Below are positions 17,642-25,977 of a stretch of DNA of 64,000 bases, one piece after another. Below the pieces are notes generated by a model, which was not told the origin of the DNA, made no database searches, and saw only the letters and a program-made list of their open reading frames with translations. Positions within the stretch are counted from its first letter, which is position 1. Each line of letters begins with the position of its first letter. Location of the stretch: contig JAICNB010000003.1 of NCBI GenBank assembly GCA_025928935.1, forward strand, positions 10,802-74,801, written 5' to 3'. The position numbers and the translations under genes were made by a program. This DNA is from Acidimicrobiia bacterium. Its GTDB lineage: Bacteria > Actinomycetota > Acidimicrobiia > Spongiisociales > ZC4RG35.

Positions 17642-17689
17642 AATTGGGACCGTGACATGTCATATGCGGAGCGCTCGGTCCCAATTTCG
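17642..17689. repeat. intergenic palindromic element, copy 2 of 3
   Basis: 11-bp inverted repeat AATTGGGACCG (17642..17652) / CGGTCCCAATT (17676..17686), followed by TCG. The 23-nt spacer contains ATGCG. Confidence 0.7.
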
Positions 17690-17697
17690 CAGGTTTG

Positions 17698-18609
17698 TCA
17701 GGACTCGAAGACCGATCTGAGGAAGAACCAGGCGTTGGAGGGCCGCTCGGCCAGACGCCGGGTCAGATAGGGGTACCACTTCGAGCCGAAGGGGAGATAG
17801 ACCCGGACCGGATAGCCGGCATCGGCCAGCTCGCGCTGCAACGTGGTTCGGACCCCGTACAACATCTGGAATTCGAAAGGGGCCTTTCGCTGCTTGGCCA
17901 AGTCCCGGGTCAGGCTGATCAGGTCGCCGTCGTGGGTGGCTATGGCCGGCCTGACCTCCTCGAAGCTCATCAGGTCGCCGAGGAGCCGGCCGAACGCGTG
18001 GTCGATGTCGGCATTGGACCGGATCGCGACATCGGGCTCTTCCACGTACGCCCCCTTGCACAGCCTGATGTGCCCACCGAGTGGCAGCAGACGTCTCAGG
18101 TCGACCGCAGTCCGATGGAGGTATGCCTGGAGTGCAATGCCGAGATTGCCGTGCCTCGACTGGGCCTTCTCATAGATGCCGACCGTGGCCTCGGTGTAAC
18201 GCGAGTCCTCCATGTCGATGGTCACGGTCGTCCCCAGCGCCGAGGCCCGCTCGGCCAGGCTGTCGAGGAGGTCGATCGCCAACGACTCGTCGAAGGCGAG
18301 CCCGAGCTGGGTCAGCTTGATCGAGATGTTGGCCCGGAGAGACTCCTGCCCGATCCGATCCAGGCCCTCGAGATACTCGTCACGGGCTGCGAAGGCAGTG
18401 GCGCGGTCGAAGCACTCCTCGCCCAGCAGGTCTAGCGAGACGAGGAACCCTTCTTCGTTGAGTCGATGGGCTGCTGCCACGCCGTCATCGAGGGTGTCCC
18501 CCGCGACGAACCTCCGGGCCAAGGACTTGCCCGGCCTGGTCCCCGTGATGGTCCTCTCCACTGGCCCTGCCTCGGTGAGGGCGATGACCATCCTGGAGAA
18601 GAGACTCAA
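17698..18609 (-). CDS. putA: proline dehydrogenase
   Basis: 303-aa monofunctional PRODH pattern (FVAGDTLDDG...VSLDLLGEE...IRLCKGAY). The TTG start overlaps the proC stop; ATG 18591 is an alternative. Confidence 0.85.
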   Translation of the reverse strand: MSLFSRMVIALTEAGPVERTITGTRPGKSLARRFVAGDTLDDGVAAAHRLNEEGFLVSLDLLGEECFDRATAFAARDEYLEGLDRIGQESLRANISIKLTQLGLAFDESLAIDLLDSLAERASALGTTVTIDMEDSRYTEATVGIYEKAQSRHGNLGIALQAYLHRTAVDLRRLLPLGGHIRLCKGAYVEEPDVAIRSNADIDHAFGRLLGDLMSFEEVRPAIATHDGDLISLTRDLAKQRKAPFEFQMLYGVRTTLQRELADAGYPVRVYLPFGSKWYPYLTRRLAERPSNAWFFLRSVFES

Positions 18610-19418
18610 TCCTGACGTCCGAGCTCTGCTGCTCGTTGGGCCGCGGCCTGGACTGCATCCTCGACGAGGGCCCTGAAGCCGCGCTCCTCGAGGACGTGGA
18701 CGGCGGCAGCGGTCGTGCCACCCGGTGAGGTCACTTGCGAACGCAGCTCCGCCGGGGTGGCGTCGGTGTCGGTCAGGAGATGCCCCGAGCCACGGATCGT
18801 CTGGTGCACGAAGACCTCGGCGACATCACGGGGCAGGCCCTCACGCACAGCTGCCTCGGTGAGCGCCTCGGCGAGAAGGAAGACGTAGGCCGGGCCCGTC
18901 CCGGAGACGGCCGTCACCGCATCGAGCAGCGACTCGTCCATGACCCGGACACCACCCACCGCCCCGAGGACCTCGGTGGCGAGCTTGAGGTGTTGCTCAC
19001 CTGCGTATGCACCGCGGGCGATGCCGGTCACACCCTCACCCACCAGGGCCGGCGTGTTCGGCATGGCCCTCACAATGGGAATATCGCCGAGCTCCCTCTC
19101 ATATGTGCTCGTGGTGACGCCCGCGGCCAATGACAGGATCATCTGGGTCTCCGAGATGCCGTGGGCGATGCTCCGGATGACGTCGGCGACATCGCGCGGC
19201 TTGACCGAGACCACGATGATGTCACGTTCGGCTATCGCCTCCAGCGGTTGGAGCGTGACCAGCGACGTCGTGGCCGAGGAGAGCTCGTTGGCCAGTTCCT
19301 CGCGACGCACCGCGAGAGCCATCTCCTCCGGTGACCAGCCGGCCCGTTCTAGGCCGCGACGTAATGCCTCGCCCATCGCCCCCAGGCCGATAATCGCTAC
19401 GGAAGGGTGTGCCGCCAT
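18606..19418 (-). CDS. proC: pyrroline-5-carboxylate reductase
   Basis: N-terminal Rossmann motif VAIIGLGAMGEAL and C-terminal SPGGTTAAAVHVLE motif. Confidence 0.9.
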   Translation of the reverse strand: MAAHPSVAIIGLGAMGEALRRGLERAGWSPEEMALAVRREELANELSSATTSLVTLQPLEAIAERDIIVVSVKPRDVADVIRSIAHGISETQMILSLAAGVTTSTYERELGDIPIVRAMPNTPALVGEGVTGIARGAYAGEQHLKLATEVLGAVGGVRVMDESLLDAVTAVSGTGPAYVFLLAEALTEAAVREGLPRDVAEVFVHQTIRGSGHLLTDTDATPAELRSQVTSPGGTTAAAVHVLEERGFRALVEDAVQAAAQRAAELGRQD

Positions 19419-19446
19419 GGGCGAATTATACGAATGGGGTCACCGC

Positions 19447-20079
19447 TCACCCCAGTCTGGAGTGGATCGAGCCGAGCACTTCCTCTCGCCCACCCGAGCC
19501 AGGCTCACCGCCGACCACGATGTCGGCGTGGGTCTTGGAGGGCTCGACGAACTCCAGATGCATTGGCCTGACCGTCGCGAAGTACTGCCCGATGATCGAT
19601 GAGACCGTCCGGCCTCTCTCGTCGATGTCGCGCTGTATGCGCCGAGCGAGCCTGATATCGGCCGCGGTGTCCACGAACACCTTGAAGTCGAGCTCGGCGC
19701 GGAGCCCTGGCTCGGCGAGAACAAGGATGCCCTCGACCAGGATCACCGAGAGCGGCTCGACCTCGACCACCTCGTCGGCTCGCAGATGCCTGGCGAAGTC
19801 GTAGGTAGGCCGCTCCACGGCCGCTCCATGACGCAAGGCGCCGAGATGCTGCACGAGCAGAGCGCTGTCGAGTGAGTCTGGGTGGTCGTAGTTGACTGCG
19901 GCTCTCTCCTCGAAGGACAGCTCGGGGCTGTGCCGGTAGTAGGCGTCGTGCTGGATGATCGCCACTTGCCCGGGCATTCGATCGAGGAGCCATTGGGAGA
20001 TGGTCGACTTGCCCGACCCTGAGCCACCGGCGATGCCGACGATCAGGACGCCATCGTGTGCGGGGTCGCGGGCAGACAT
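19447..20079 (-). CDS. udk: uridine kinase
   Basis: P-loop GIAGGSGSGKST, then HDAYY...NYDHPDSLD. ATG 20079 is chosen; the upstream ORF extension is Arg-rich and not protein-like. Confidence 0.85.
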   Translation of the reverse strand: MSARDPAHDGVLIVGIAGGSGSGKSTISQWLLDRMPGQVAIIQHDAYYRHSPELSFEERAAVNYDHPDSLDSALLVQHLGALRHGAAVERPTYDFARHLRADEVVEVEPLSVILVEGILVLAEPGLRAELDFKVFVDTAADIRLARRIQRDIDERGRTVSSIIGQYFATVRPMHLEFVEPSKTHADIVVGGEPGSGGREEVLGSIHSRLG

Positions 20080-20090
20080 GCCCGGCGACG

Positions 20091-20942
20091 TTACTTGTCG
20101 CCGACCCGGCTCCGGAGACGGCGGATCTCGTCGTAGACACCGTCGGTCAGGGTCGTCGATGCCGGGGCGGCCACGCCTTTGAGCTCGGTCTGGATCCGCC
20201 TCTTCTCGCTGGCAGCGACAGGCTCGGGCTCCACCACATCGGGCTCTTCGACCGTGCCCGGCTCGATCGATTCCACTGCCTCGACGGCCTCGGGCTCTTC
20301 GGTGGACGTCTCCGGAGCCTCGGTGTGCCCGTTCCAGGTCGCCCCCGTTGCGACTCCCTCGGCGAGGCGGTTCAGCCAATCGGCCTCTTCCTCAGGGACA
20401 GCGACTGTCTCGGCCAGGCCGAGCCGGTTCAGGGTGTGGAACATGCGGACGGCGGTGCCCCGACCGTACCTGGCCTCCAATGCGCCGAAACTGAAGGTCG
20501 GAACCAGGTTGACGAACGTCTGCCACTCTCCCGGCCCGAGCGTCACCGCTTCGCCGACCTCGTGGATGAGCTTCACCCCGTTGGCCTCGAAGAGGCCGGA
20601 GTCGGACACTTCACTCTCCAGTGTCTGCAGAGCCTCGACATCTGACAGGACCTCCTCCACCGTCCAGCCCTTGGCGTCGGGCCCATCGGCCGCGCCGACC
20701 GAGAAGGACCCCTCGGCGACGGAAGCAAGGACGTAGAGGATGTCGGCGACACCGTCACGGTCGGAGCCGCTGTGGGCCCCATCGATCCCGGTCAGCTCGG
20801 CCCCTGTGACCCGGCCCTCTCGGAAGTGGACGCGCCCGCGACGCTCGCCTTCGATGTCGAGTGAACCGGTCTTGTTGGTGACCTGCATGATCTGGAGCAG
20901 GTCGTTCATGCTCCAGTCAGAGAGCTGGCCCGAGAGATGCAT
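20091..20942 (-). CDS. DUF4388 (PATAN-like) domain protein with acidic C-terminal region
   Basis: The N-terminal GQLSDWSMNDLLQIMQVTNKTGSLDIEGERRGRVHFREGRV is the typical DUF4388 pattern. Confidence 0.6.
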   Translation of the reverse strand: MHLSGQLSDWSMNDLLQIMQVTNKTGSLDIEGERRGRVHFREGRVTGAELTGIDGAHSGSDRDGVADILYVLASVAEGSFSVGAADGPDAKGWTVEEVLSDVEALQTLESEVSDSGLFEANGVKLIHEVGEAVTLGPGEWQTFVNLVPTFSFGALEARYGRGTAVRMFHTLNRLGLAETVAVPEEEADWLNRLAEGVATGATWNGHTEAPETSTEEPEAVEAVESIEPGTVEEPDVVEPEPVAASEKRRIQTELKGVAAPASTTLTDGVYDEIRRLRSRVGDK

Positions 20943-21002
20943 CGAAACCCTTCCGTTCCCTTGCGGTCCCTATCGGCAGCAACGGGAGGGTGGTTGAGCG
21001 GT

Positions 21003-21563
21003 TCAGGGCTGCTTGGCCGCCTTCATCGCCTTCTTCTTCTCACGCAGGATCATCACGTCCTCGTAGGTGGCCACGTCGGCTATCGAGGGCCAATCGGCCG
21101 CCTTCTCCTCCCACCCGTCGGGACGCACCCCCAACCGCTTCCCGAGGAGACCCACGAAGATGCGCGACTTCTCCGCCCCGAAGCCGGGCAGGTCTCTGAG
21201 ACGTCGCAACAGCTCGGCCCCGTCGGGCGCCGTCTCCCACAGATCCTCAGCTCTCCCGCCGTAACCGTCGATGATGGCCCTGGCCAGCTCCTGGGTTCGC
21301 TTGGCCATCGACGCCGGGTAACGGTGGATGGCAGGTGGGCCCCGGAAGATGACCTCGAGGCCTTCTGGATCTGCCCCGGCCACTGTCTCCGGGGTCAACT
21401 GGCCCCCCATCCTCTCTTTGAGCAATTGGGGTCCGTAGAAGGCTCGCTCCATGGGGAACTGTTGATCGAGCAGCATGCCCATCAGCAGTGCGAACCCATC
21501 GACGGCGAGCAGGTGGTTCGCCTCGTCGGACTCGGTGAAGGGAAGGATCTCGGGTCGGTCCAT
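21003..21563 (-). CDS. HhH-GPD-type base excision DNA repair protein
   Basis: 186 aa with LRDLPGFGAEKSRIFVGLLGKRLG, a helix-hairpin-helix motif. The size matches the short actinobacterial HhH-GPD family. Confidence 0.7.
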   Translation of the reverse strand: MDRPEILPFTESDEANHLLAVDGFALLMGMLLDQQFPMERAFYGPQLLKERMGGQLTPETVAGADPEGLEVIFRGPPAIHRYPASMAKRTQELARAIIDGYGGRAEDLWETAPDGAELLRRLRDLPGFGAEKSRIFVGLLGKRLGVRPDGWEEKAADWPSIADVATYEDVMILREKKKAMKAAKQP

Positions 21564-21596
21564 AGGGCCGCCAAGTTAGTGGCGGGCCACCGGTGC

Positions 21597-21689
21597 TCAG
21601 ACCATGAGGCGGATGATGACGTAGAGGACGAGTAGCCCGGCCGGTGCGTAGGCCATCATGCTGGTCGGGTCTCTTCTGGGCTCGTTCAT
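21597..21689 (-). CDS. possible 30-aa single-TM micro-protein
   Basis: ATG preceded by GAGAAGGACGATAGAG (AAGGA 9 nt upstream). The product MNEPRRDPTSMMAYAPAGLLVLYVIIRLMV has one hydrophobic helix. It is below the ORF-track size cut-off. Confidence 0.3.
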   Translation of the reverse strand: MNEPRRDPTSMMAYAPAGLLVLYVIIRLMV

Positions 21690-21808
21690 CTCTATCGTCC
21701 TTCTCAACTGAAATTACGGGTCGCGGATTCCCGGAGGAATAGGGGTTCCCCCCTATCGGACCCCGGCGAGATGGTCTGAACGATGACCCGGAGATGAACG
21801 AGGCGAGA

Positions 21809-23020
21809 ATGAGCGGTGACATCTACATCGTCAGTGCGTGCCGGACCCCCATGGGCAAGCTGGGTGGCCAGCTGGCCCACCTGCGGCCCGATGACCTCGC
21901 CGCCCACGCAGTCGCCGGTTTGCTGGGAAGGAATCCCGATCTGGATCCGATGGCGATCGAGGACGTGTACTGGGGAGCGGCCAACCAGGCCGGTGAGGAC
22001 AACCGCAACGTCGCCAGGATGGCCGGCCTCCTCGCAGGTCTTCCCATCGAGATCCCCGGGACGACGGTCAACCGTCTCTGTGGTTCCGGCATGCAGGCGG
22101 TGGTCTCAGGGTCACATGCCCTTGCCGCGGGGTGGGGGGACGTCGTGGTGGTGGGAGGGTCCGAGTCGATGACGAGATCCCCCTACGTGATGATGAAGCC
22201 CGACCGTGCGTTCGCCACCGGGACACCGGAGATGGTCGACACGGTGCTTGGGTGGCGGTTGGTCAACCCGCGGATGGAGCAGCTCTACCCACCGATCACC
22301 CTGGGCATGACTGCCGAGGTCGTCGCAGCGAAGTACGACATAAGTCGGGAGGACCAGGACGCCTTCGCCCTGACCAGTCACCAGCGGGCCCTGGCCGCGG
22401 TGGCGGCGGGACGGTTCGATGATGAGATCGAGCCGATCGAGGCTCCGATCGATGCGAGACGTCGGGAGAGCCGGACCATCGAGACCGACGAGGGACCCCG
22501 ATCCGACACGTCGATGGAGGCACTGGCCAAGCTGCCGTCTGTCTTCAAGGAGGACGGCACCGTCACCGCGGGCAACTCGTCTCCCATGAACGACGGGTCT
22601 GCGGCCCTGCTCCTCGCCACCGACCAGGGGCTCGAGACCCACGGGTTGACCCCGATGGCCCGGATCGTGTCCTCGGCCGCAGCCGGCGTCCACCCCGACG
22701 TGATGGGGATCGGCCCGGTGCCGTCGTCGGAGAAGGCGCTGGCACGGGCCGGGATCACCATCGGTGAGGTCGACCTGGTCGAGGTGAACGAGGCGTTCGC
22801 CGCCCAGGCCGTGGCCTGTCAGCGTCTGCTCGAGATCGATCCTGACCGGCTCAACGTGAATGGGGGGGCTATCGCTCTGGGCCATCCGCTCGGCGCATCG
22901 GGAGCCCGGATCCTGACCACGCTCACCCACGAGCTCGGACGGCGTGGCGGCCGTTACGGGCTGGCCACGATGTGCATCGGGGTGGGACAGGGGATCAGCA
23001 CGGTCATCGAGCGTGTCTGA
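21809..23020 (+). CDS. acetyl-CoA C-acetyltransferase (thiolase II)
   Basis: Motifs [28 protein letters not shown] (active-site Cys), [18 protein letters not shown] and CIGVGQG. ATG 21809 has GAGG 5 nt upstream; ATG 21794 is an alternative. Confidence 0.9.
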   Translation: MSGDIYIVSACRTPMGKLGGQLAHLRPDDLAAHAVAGLLGRNPDLDPMAIEDVYWGAANQAGEDNRNVARMAGLLAGLPIEIPGTTVNRLCGSGMQAVVSGSHALAAGWGDVVVVGGSESMTRSPYVMMKPDRAFATGTPEMVDTVLGWRLVNPRMEQLYPPITLGMTAEVVAAKYDISREDQDAFALTSHQRALAAVAAGRFDDEIEPIEAPIDARRRESRTIETDEGPRSDTSMEALAKLPSVFKEDGTVTAGNSSPMNDGSAALLLATDQGLETHGLTPMARIVSSAAAGVHPDVMGIGPVPSSEKALARAGITIGEVDLVEVNEAFAAQAVACQRLLEIDPDRLNVNGGAIALGHPLGASGARILTTLTHELGRRGGRYGLATMCIGVGQGISTVIERV

Positions 23021-24284
23021 GGATCTCCTCCCGGAGGAGCGAAGCGACGCTGGGGGAGGTAGCGCCGAAGGCGCCCGAGGGGGCTATGGGGGAGGTGGCG
23101 CCGCAGAGCCAGGCCCCCTCCACGGCGTCCTCGTGGTCGAGTTCGGGAACCTGATCGCGGCCCCATATGCGGCGATGCTGCTCGCCGACATGGGGGCCAG
23201 GGTGGTCAAGGTCGAACCGCTCGAAGGCGACCTGGGGCGGGGTTTCGGTCCCTATCAGAACGGCGAGTCCACCTTCTTCATGATGGTCAACCGGGGCAAG
23301 GAGTCCCTTTGCCTGGACACCAAGGACTGGCTGTCGAAGCGGGTGCTCGACAATGTCGTGAAGAAGGCAGATGTGTTGGTCCACAATCTTCGATACGGGG
23401 CGATCGGCCGTCTGGGATTCGACGAGTCGCGCTCTCGTGAGCTCAACCCTCGCCTCGTCTATGCCTCCATCTCGGCCTTCGGGGGGGAGGGGCCGTACGC
23501 CGCCAGGCCGGGGATCGACATCGTCTTCCAGGGCGAGTCGGGGATGATCTCCATCACGGGTGATCCGAAGGACGGTCCCCGCAAGACGGCGACGACCATC
23601 GGTGATTACGTGGCCGGCACCAACACTGCCATGGCCATTGCCGCCGCCCTGGCTGAACGGCCCCGACGGGGCAGAAGCATCGACGTCTCGCTTCGTGACG
23701 GCGTGATGGCGGTGCAGTCGGGCTGGAATGCCCTGGCCCTGGCCGCCGACGCCCAGCCGGATCGGACGGGAACCGCCAGCCCGTACCTGGCCCCGAACCA
23801 GGTGTTCGAGGCAGCGGATGCCCCCTTCACCCTGGCCATCGTCTCCGAACGGCACTTCCACCTGCTGGTGGAGGCGCTGGGGCTGCCCGATCTGGCCGAC
23901 GCCTATCCGGACAACCAGACCCGGATGGCCAAGCGTCAGACCCTGACTCGAAAGCTGTCGACTGTGTTCAAGACCGAGAAGGCAGATCACTGGGTGAGCC
24001 TGTTGGGAGACGTCGGGCTCCCGGTCGGTCACGTCCTGGAGCTGGTCGAAGCCCTGACCGACCCCCAGGCGCGACACAACGAGATGGTCGTCGAGTACGA
24101 CCACCCCCTGGCCGGGAAGGTGAGGACGACCGGGTCGCCGATTCACATGGATGGCGCCCCGGCCCGAGCCCGGTCGATGCCTCCCACCCTCGGGAGCCAC
24201 ACCAGGGCGATCCTGGCCGAGATGGGCGTGGACGATGCGACCATCGACCAGATGATCTCGGGCGGGACGGCGAAAGCATCGTGA
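23013..24284 (+). CDS. family III CoA-transferase (CaiB/BaiF / alpha-methylacyl-CoA racemase family)
   Basis: Motifs VLVVEFGNLIAAPYAAMLLADMGARVVKVEP and ...GDYVAGT. The start is uncertain; GTG 23013 overlaps the thiolase stop and gives a Gly-rich N-terminal extension. Confidence 0.8.
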   Translation: MSEDLLPEERSDAGGGSAEGARGGYGGGGAAEPGPLHGVLVVEFGNLIAAPYAAMLLADMGARVVKVEPLEGDLGRGFGPYQNGESTFFMMVNRGKESLCLDTKDWLSKRVLDNVVKKADVLVHNLRYGAIGRLGFDESRSRELNPRLVYASISAFGGEGPYAARPGIDIVFQGESGMISITGDPKDGPRKTATTIGDYVAGTNTAMAIAAALAERPRRGRSIDVSLRDGVMAVQSGWNALALAADAQPDRTGTASPYLAPNQVFEAADAPFTLAIVSERHFHLLVEALGLPDLADAYPDNQTRMAKRQTLTRKLSTVFKTEKADHWVSLLGDVGLPVGHVLELVEALTDPQARHNEMVVEYDHPLAGKVRTTGSPIHMDGAPARARSMPPTLGSHTRAILAEMGVDDATIDQMISGGTAKAS

Positions 24285-24288
24285 CATC

Positions 24289-24657
24289 GTGATCCACCGA
24301 GCGGCAGATGTCGGCAATGATTGGGCGGAGATCCTGGCCGAGCTCACCCGTGTCTTCGAAATAAGCCGGGAGGCGGCGGTCGAGGAGCGCTCTTTGGTCT
24401 ATGTGGTCCGGCAGGACGACTTGCTGGGGAGACGTGGGGCTGGAAACGCGATCGTGGCCACGGGTCTCCTCTCCGCCGCCCGCACCGCGGCCCTGGAAGG
24501 GGCCAGGAAAGGCTGGACCGCCAACGTCGTCGCATTCGACGTCGACGCCGACCCGGCGACGGTGGACGCGTGGGCCCAGCGTCTGCTCGAAGACGGCGGT
24601 GTGACCGGCGAGATCGTCAGAGTCGGGACGGGTCACATAGGGAAGGCGCTGCCGTGA
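24289..24657 (+). CDS. 122-aa SDR-like fragment protein lacking the dinucleotide-binding N-terminus
   Basis: The segment NAIVATGLLSAARTAALEGARKGWTANVVA aligns with the SDR region after the YxxxK motif (SKAG..GLT..LA.E.A..GI.VN.VA). No TGxxxGxG and no catalytic Tyr are present. Its stop overlaps the next SDR start (GTGA). Confidence 0.5.
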   Translation: MIHRAADVGNDWAEILAELTRVFEISREAAVEERSLVYVVRQDDLLGRRGAGNAIVATGLLSAARTAALEGARKGWTANVVAFDVDADPATVDAWAQRLLEDGGVTGEIVRVGTGHIGKALP

Positions 24658-25352
24658 TTGGGACTGTCGTGGTCACCGGGGCAGCTCGAGGCATCGGCCG
24701 GGCCATCGCCGAGAAGATGGCTTCGACCGGGCCCCTGACCGTGATCGGTGTCGACATCGCCCCCGAGCTGGCCTTGTCCGAGACGATCACTCCGATCCAG
24801 GTCGATCTGACCTCCGATCACGGGCCGATGGTGGTGAGGGAGGCAGTGGAGGCGTCAGACGCGCCGTTGATCGGCCTCGTCAACAATGCCGGCATCACCC
24901 GCGACACCCGTCTGGTCAACATGAGCGACCAGGATTTCGGCGACGTGCTCGAGGTGAATCTCGGAGCCGCCTATCGGCTCACCAGCGAGCTCGCCCCGTC
25001 GATGTCCGACGGTGGATCGATCGTGAACATCGCCTCCAGGGCGTATCTGGGCAACTTCGGCCAGTACAACTATTCGATGTCGAAAGGGGGGCTGGTCGGG
25101 CTGACCCGGGCCCTGGCCCTTTCCTTGGCGCCCCATGTGAGGGTCAACGCGGTGGCCCCGGGGCTGATCGCCTCCGAGATGAGCCTGGGGATCCCGGACG
25201 ACATCAGAGAGAAGATGATCGCCGCCATCCCACTCAACCGGATGGGCACTCCCGATGAGATCGCCAACACGGTGTGGTGGCTCCTGACCCCCCTCTCCAG
25301 CTACATCACCGGCGAGGTCATCGTGGTCGGGGGCGGACGCAGCCTGAGCTGA
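24654..25352 (+). CDS. SDR family oxidoreductase (FabG-like 3-oxoacyl reductase)
   Basis: TGAARGIGRAIA, NNAGI, YNYSMSKGG (YxxxK) and VNAVAPGLI motifs. GTG 24654 is chosen; the longer ORF from 24321 is a different reading of the preceding gene region. Confidence 0.85.
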   Translation: MIGTVVVTGAARGIGRAIAEKMASTGPLTVIGVDIAPELALSETITPIQVDLTSDHGPMVVREAVEASDAPLIGLVNNAGITRDTRLVNMSDQDFGDVLEVNLGAAYRLTSELAPSMSDGGSIVNIASRAYLGNFGQYNYSMSKGGLVGLTRALALSLAPHVRVNAVAPGLIASEMSLGIPDDIREKMIAAIPLNRMGTPDEIANTVWWLLTPLSSYITGEVIVVGGGRSLS

Positions 25353-25423
25353 CCCATCGCGAAGCCGGGGAGAGGGGGCGCTAACACGGCGCCAGGCCGA
25401 CCCAGAACAGGAGCTGGAGAGGA

Positions 25424-25867
25424 TCAGTAGTAGTAGCGACTCACCGTCTCGGCGACCATCGCCGGCTTTTCGGCCCCCTCGACCTCGATGGTGACCTGCC
25501 GGTTGACCTGGATCCCGCCCTCGACATCGTTGATCGCGACCAGACCGACCCGTGCGCGGATCCTCGAACCGACCGGGACCGGGGCCGGGAAGCGGACCTT
25601 CTCCAAGCCGTAGTTGATCGCCATCCGCGGAGAGCCCACCTCGAGCTCGACCTGGGCGGTCAAAGTCACCGTGAGGGAGAGGGTGAGGAAGCCATGGGCG
25701 ATGGTCCCGCCGAACGGACCTGCGGTAGCCTTCTCTCGATCGACGTGGATCCACTGGTAGTCGTCGGTGGCGTCGGCGAAGGCATCGACTCGCTCCTGGG
25801 TGATCTCCATCCAGTCGCTGACCCCGATCTCGGTACCGATCAGGTCCTGAAAATCCGCCGCCCTCAT
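25424..25867 (-). CDS. MaoC-like (R)-specific enoyl-CoA hydratase / hotdog fold
   Basis: 147 aa with FADATDDYQWIHVDREKA...GGTIAHGFLTLSL, the MaoC dehydratase signature. Confidence 0.85.
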   Translation of the reverse strand: MRAADFQDLIGTEIGVSDWMEITQERVDAFADATDDYQWIHVDREKATAGPFGGTIAHGFLTLSLTVTLTAQVELEVGSPRMAINYGLEKVRFPAPVPVGSRIRARVGLVAINDVEGGIQVNRQVTIEVEGAEKPAMVAETVSRYYY

Positions 25868-25977
25868 TCTCAGTCTCCTTGCGCCACGATCCCCCTCCCC
25901 GGCTTCGCCGGTACTTCCCCTTACGAGGGGAGAAGCGGCGCCACGGACTTCAGGTAAGCAGAACTACGCTCGCCGAC

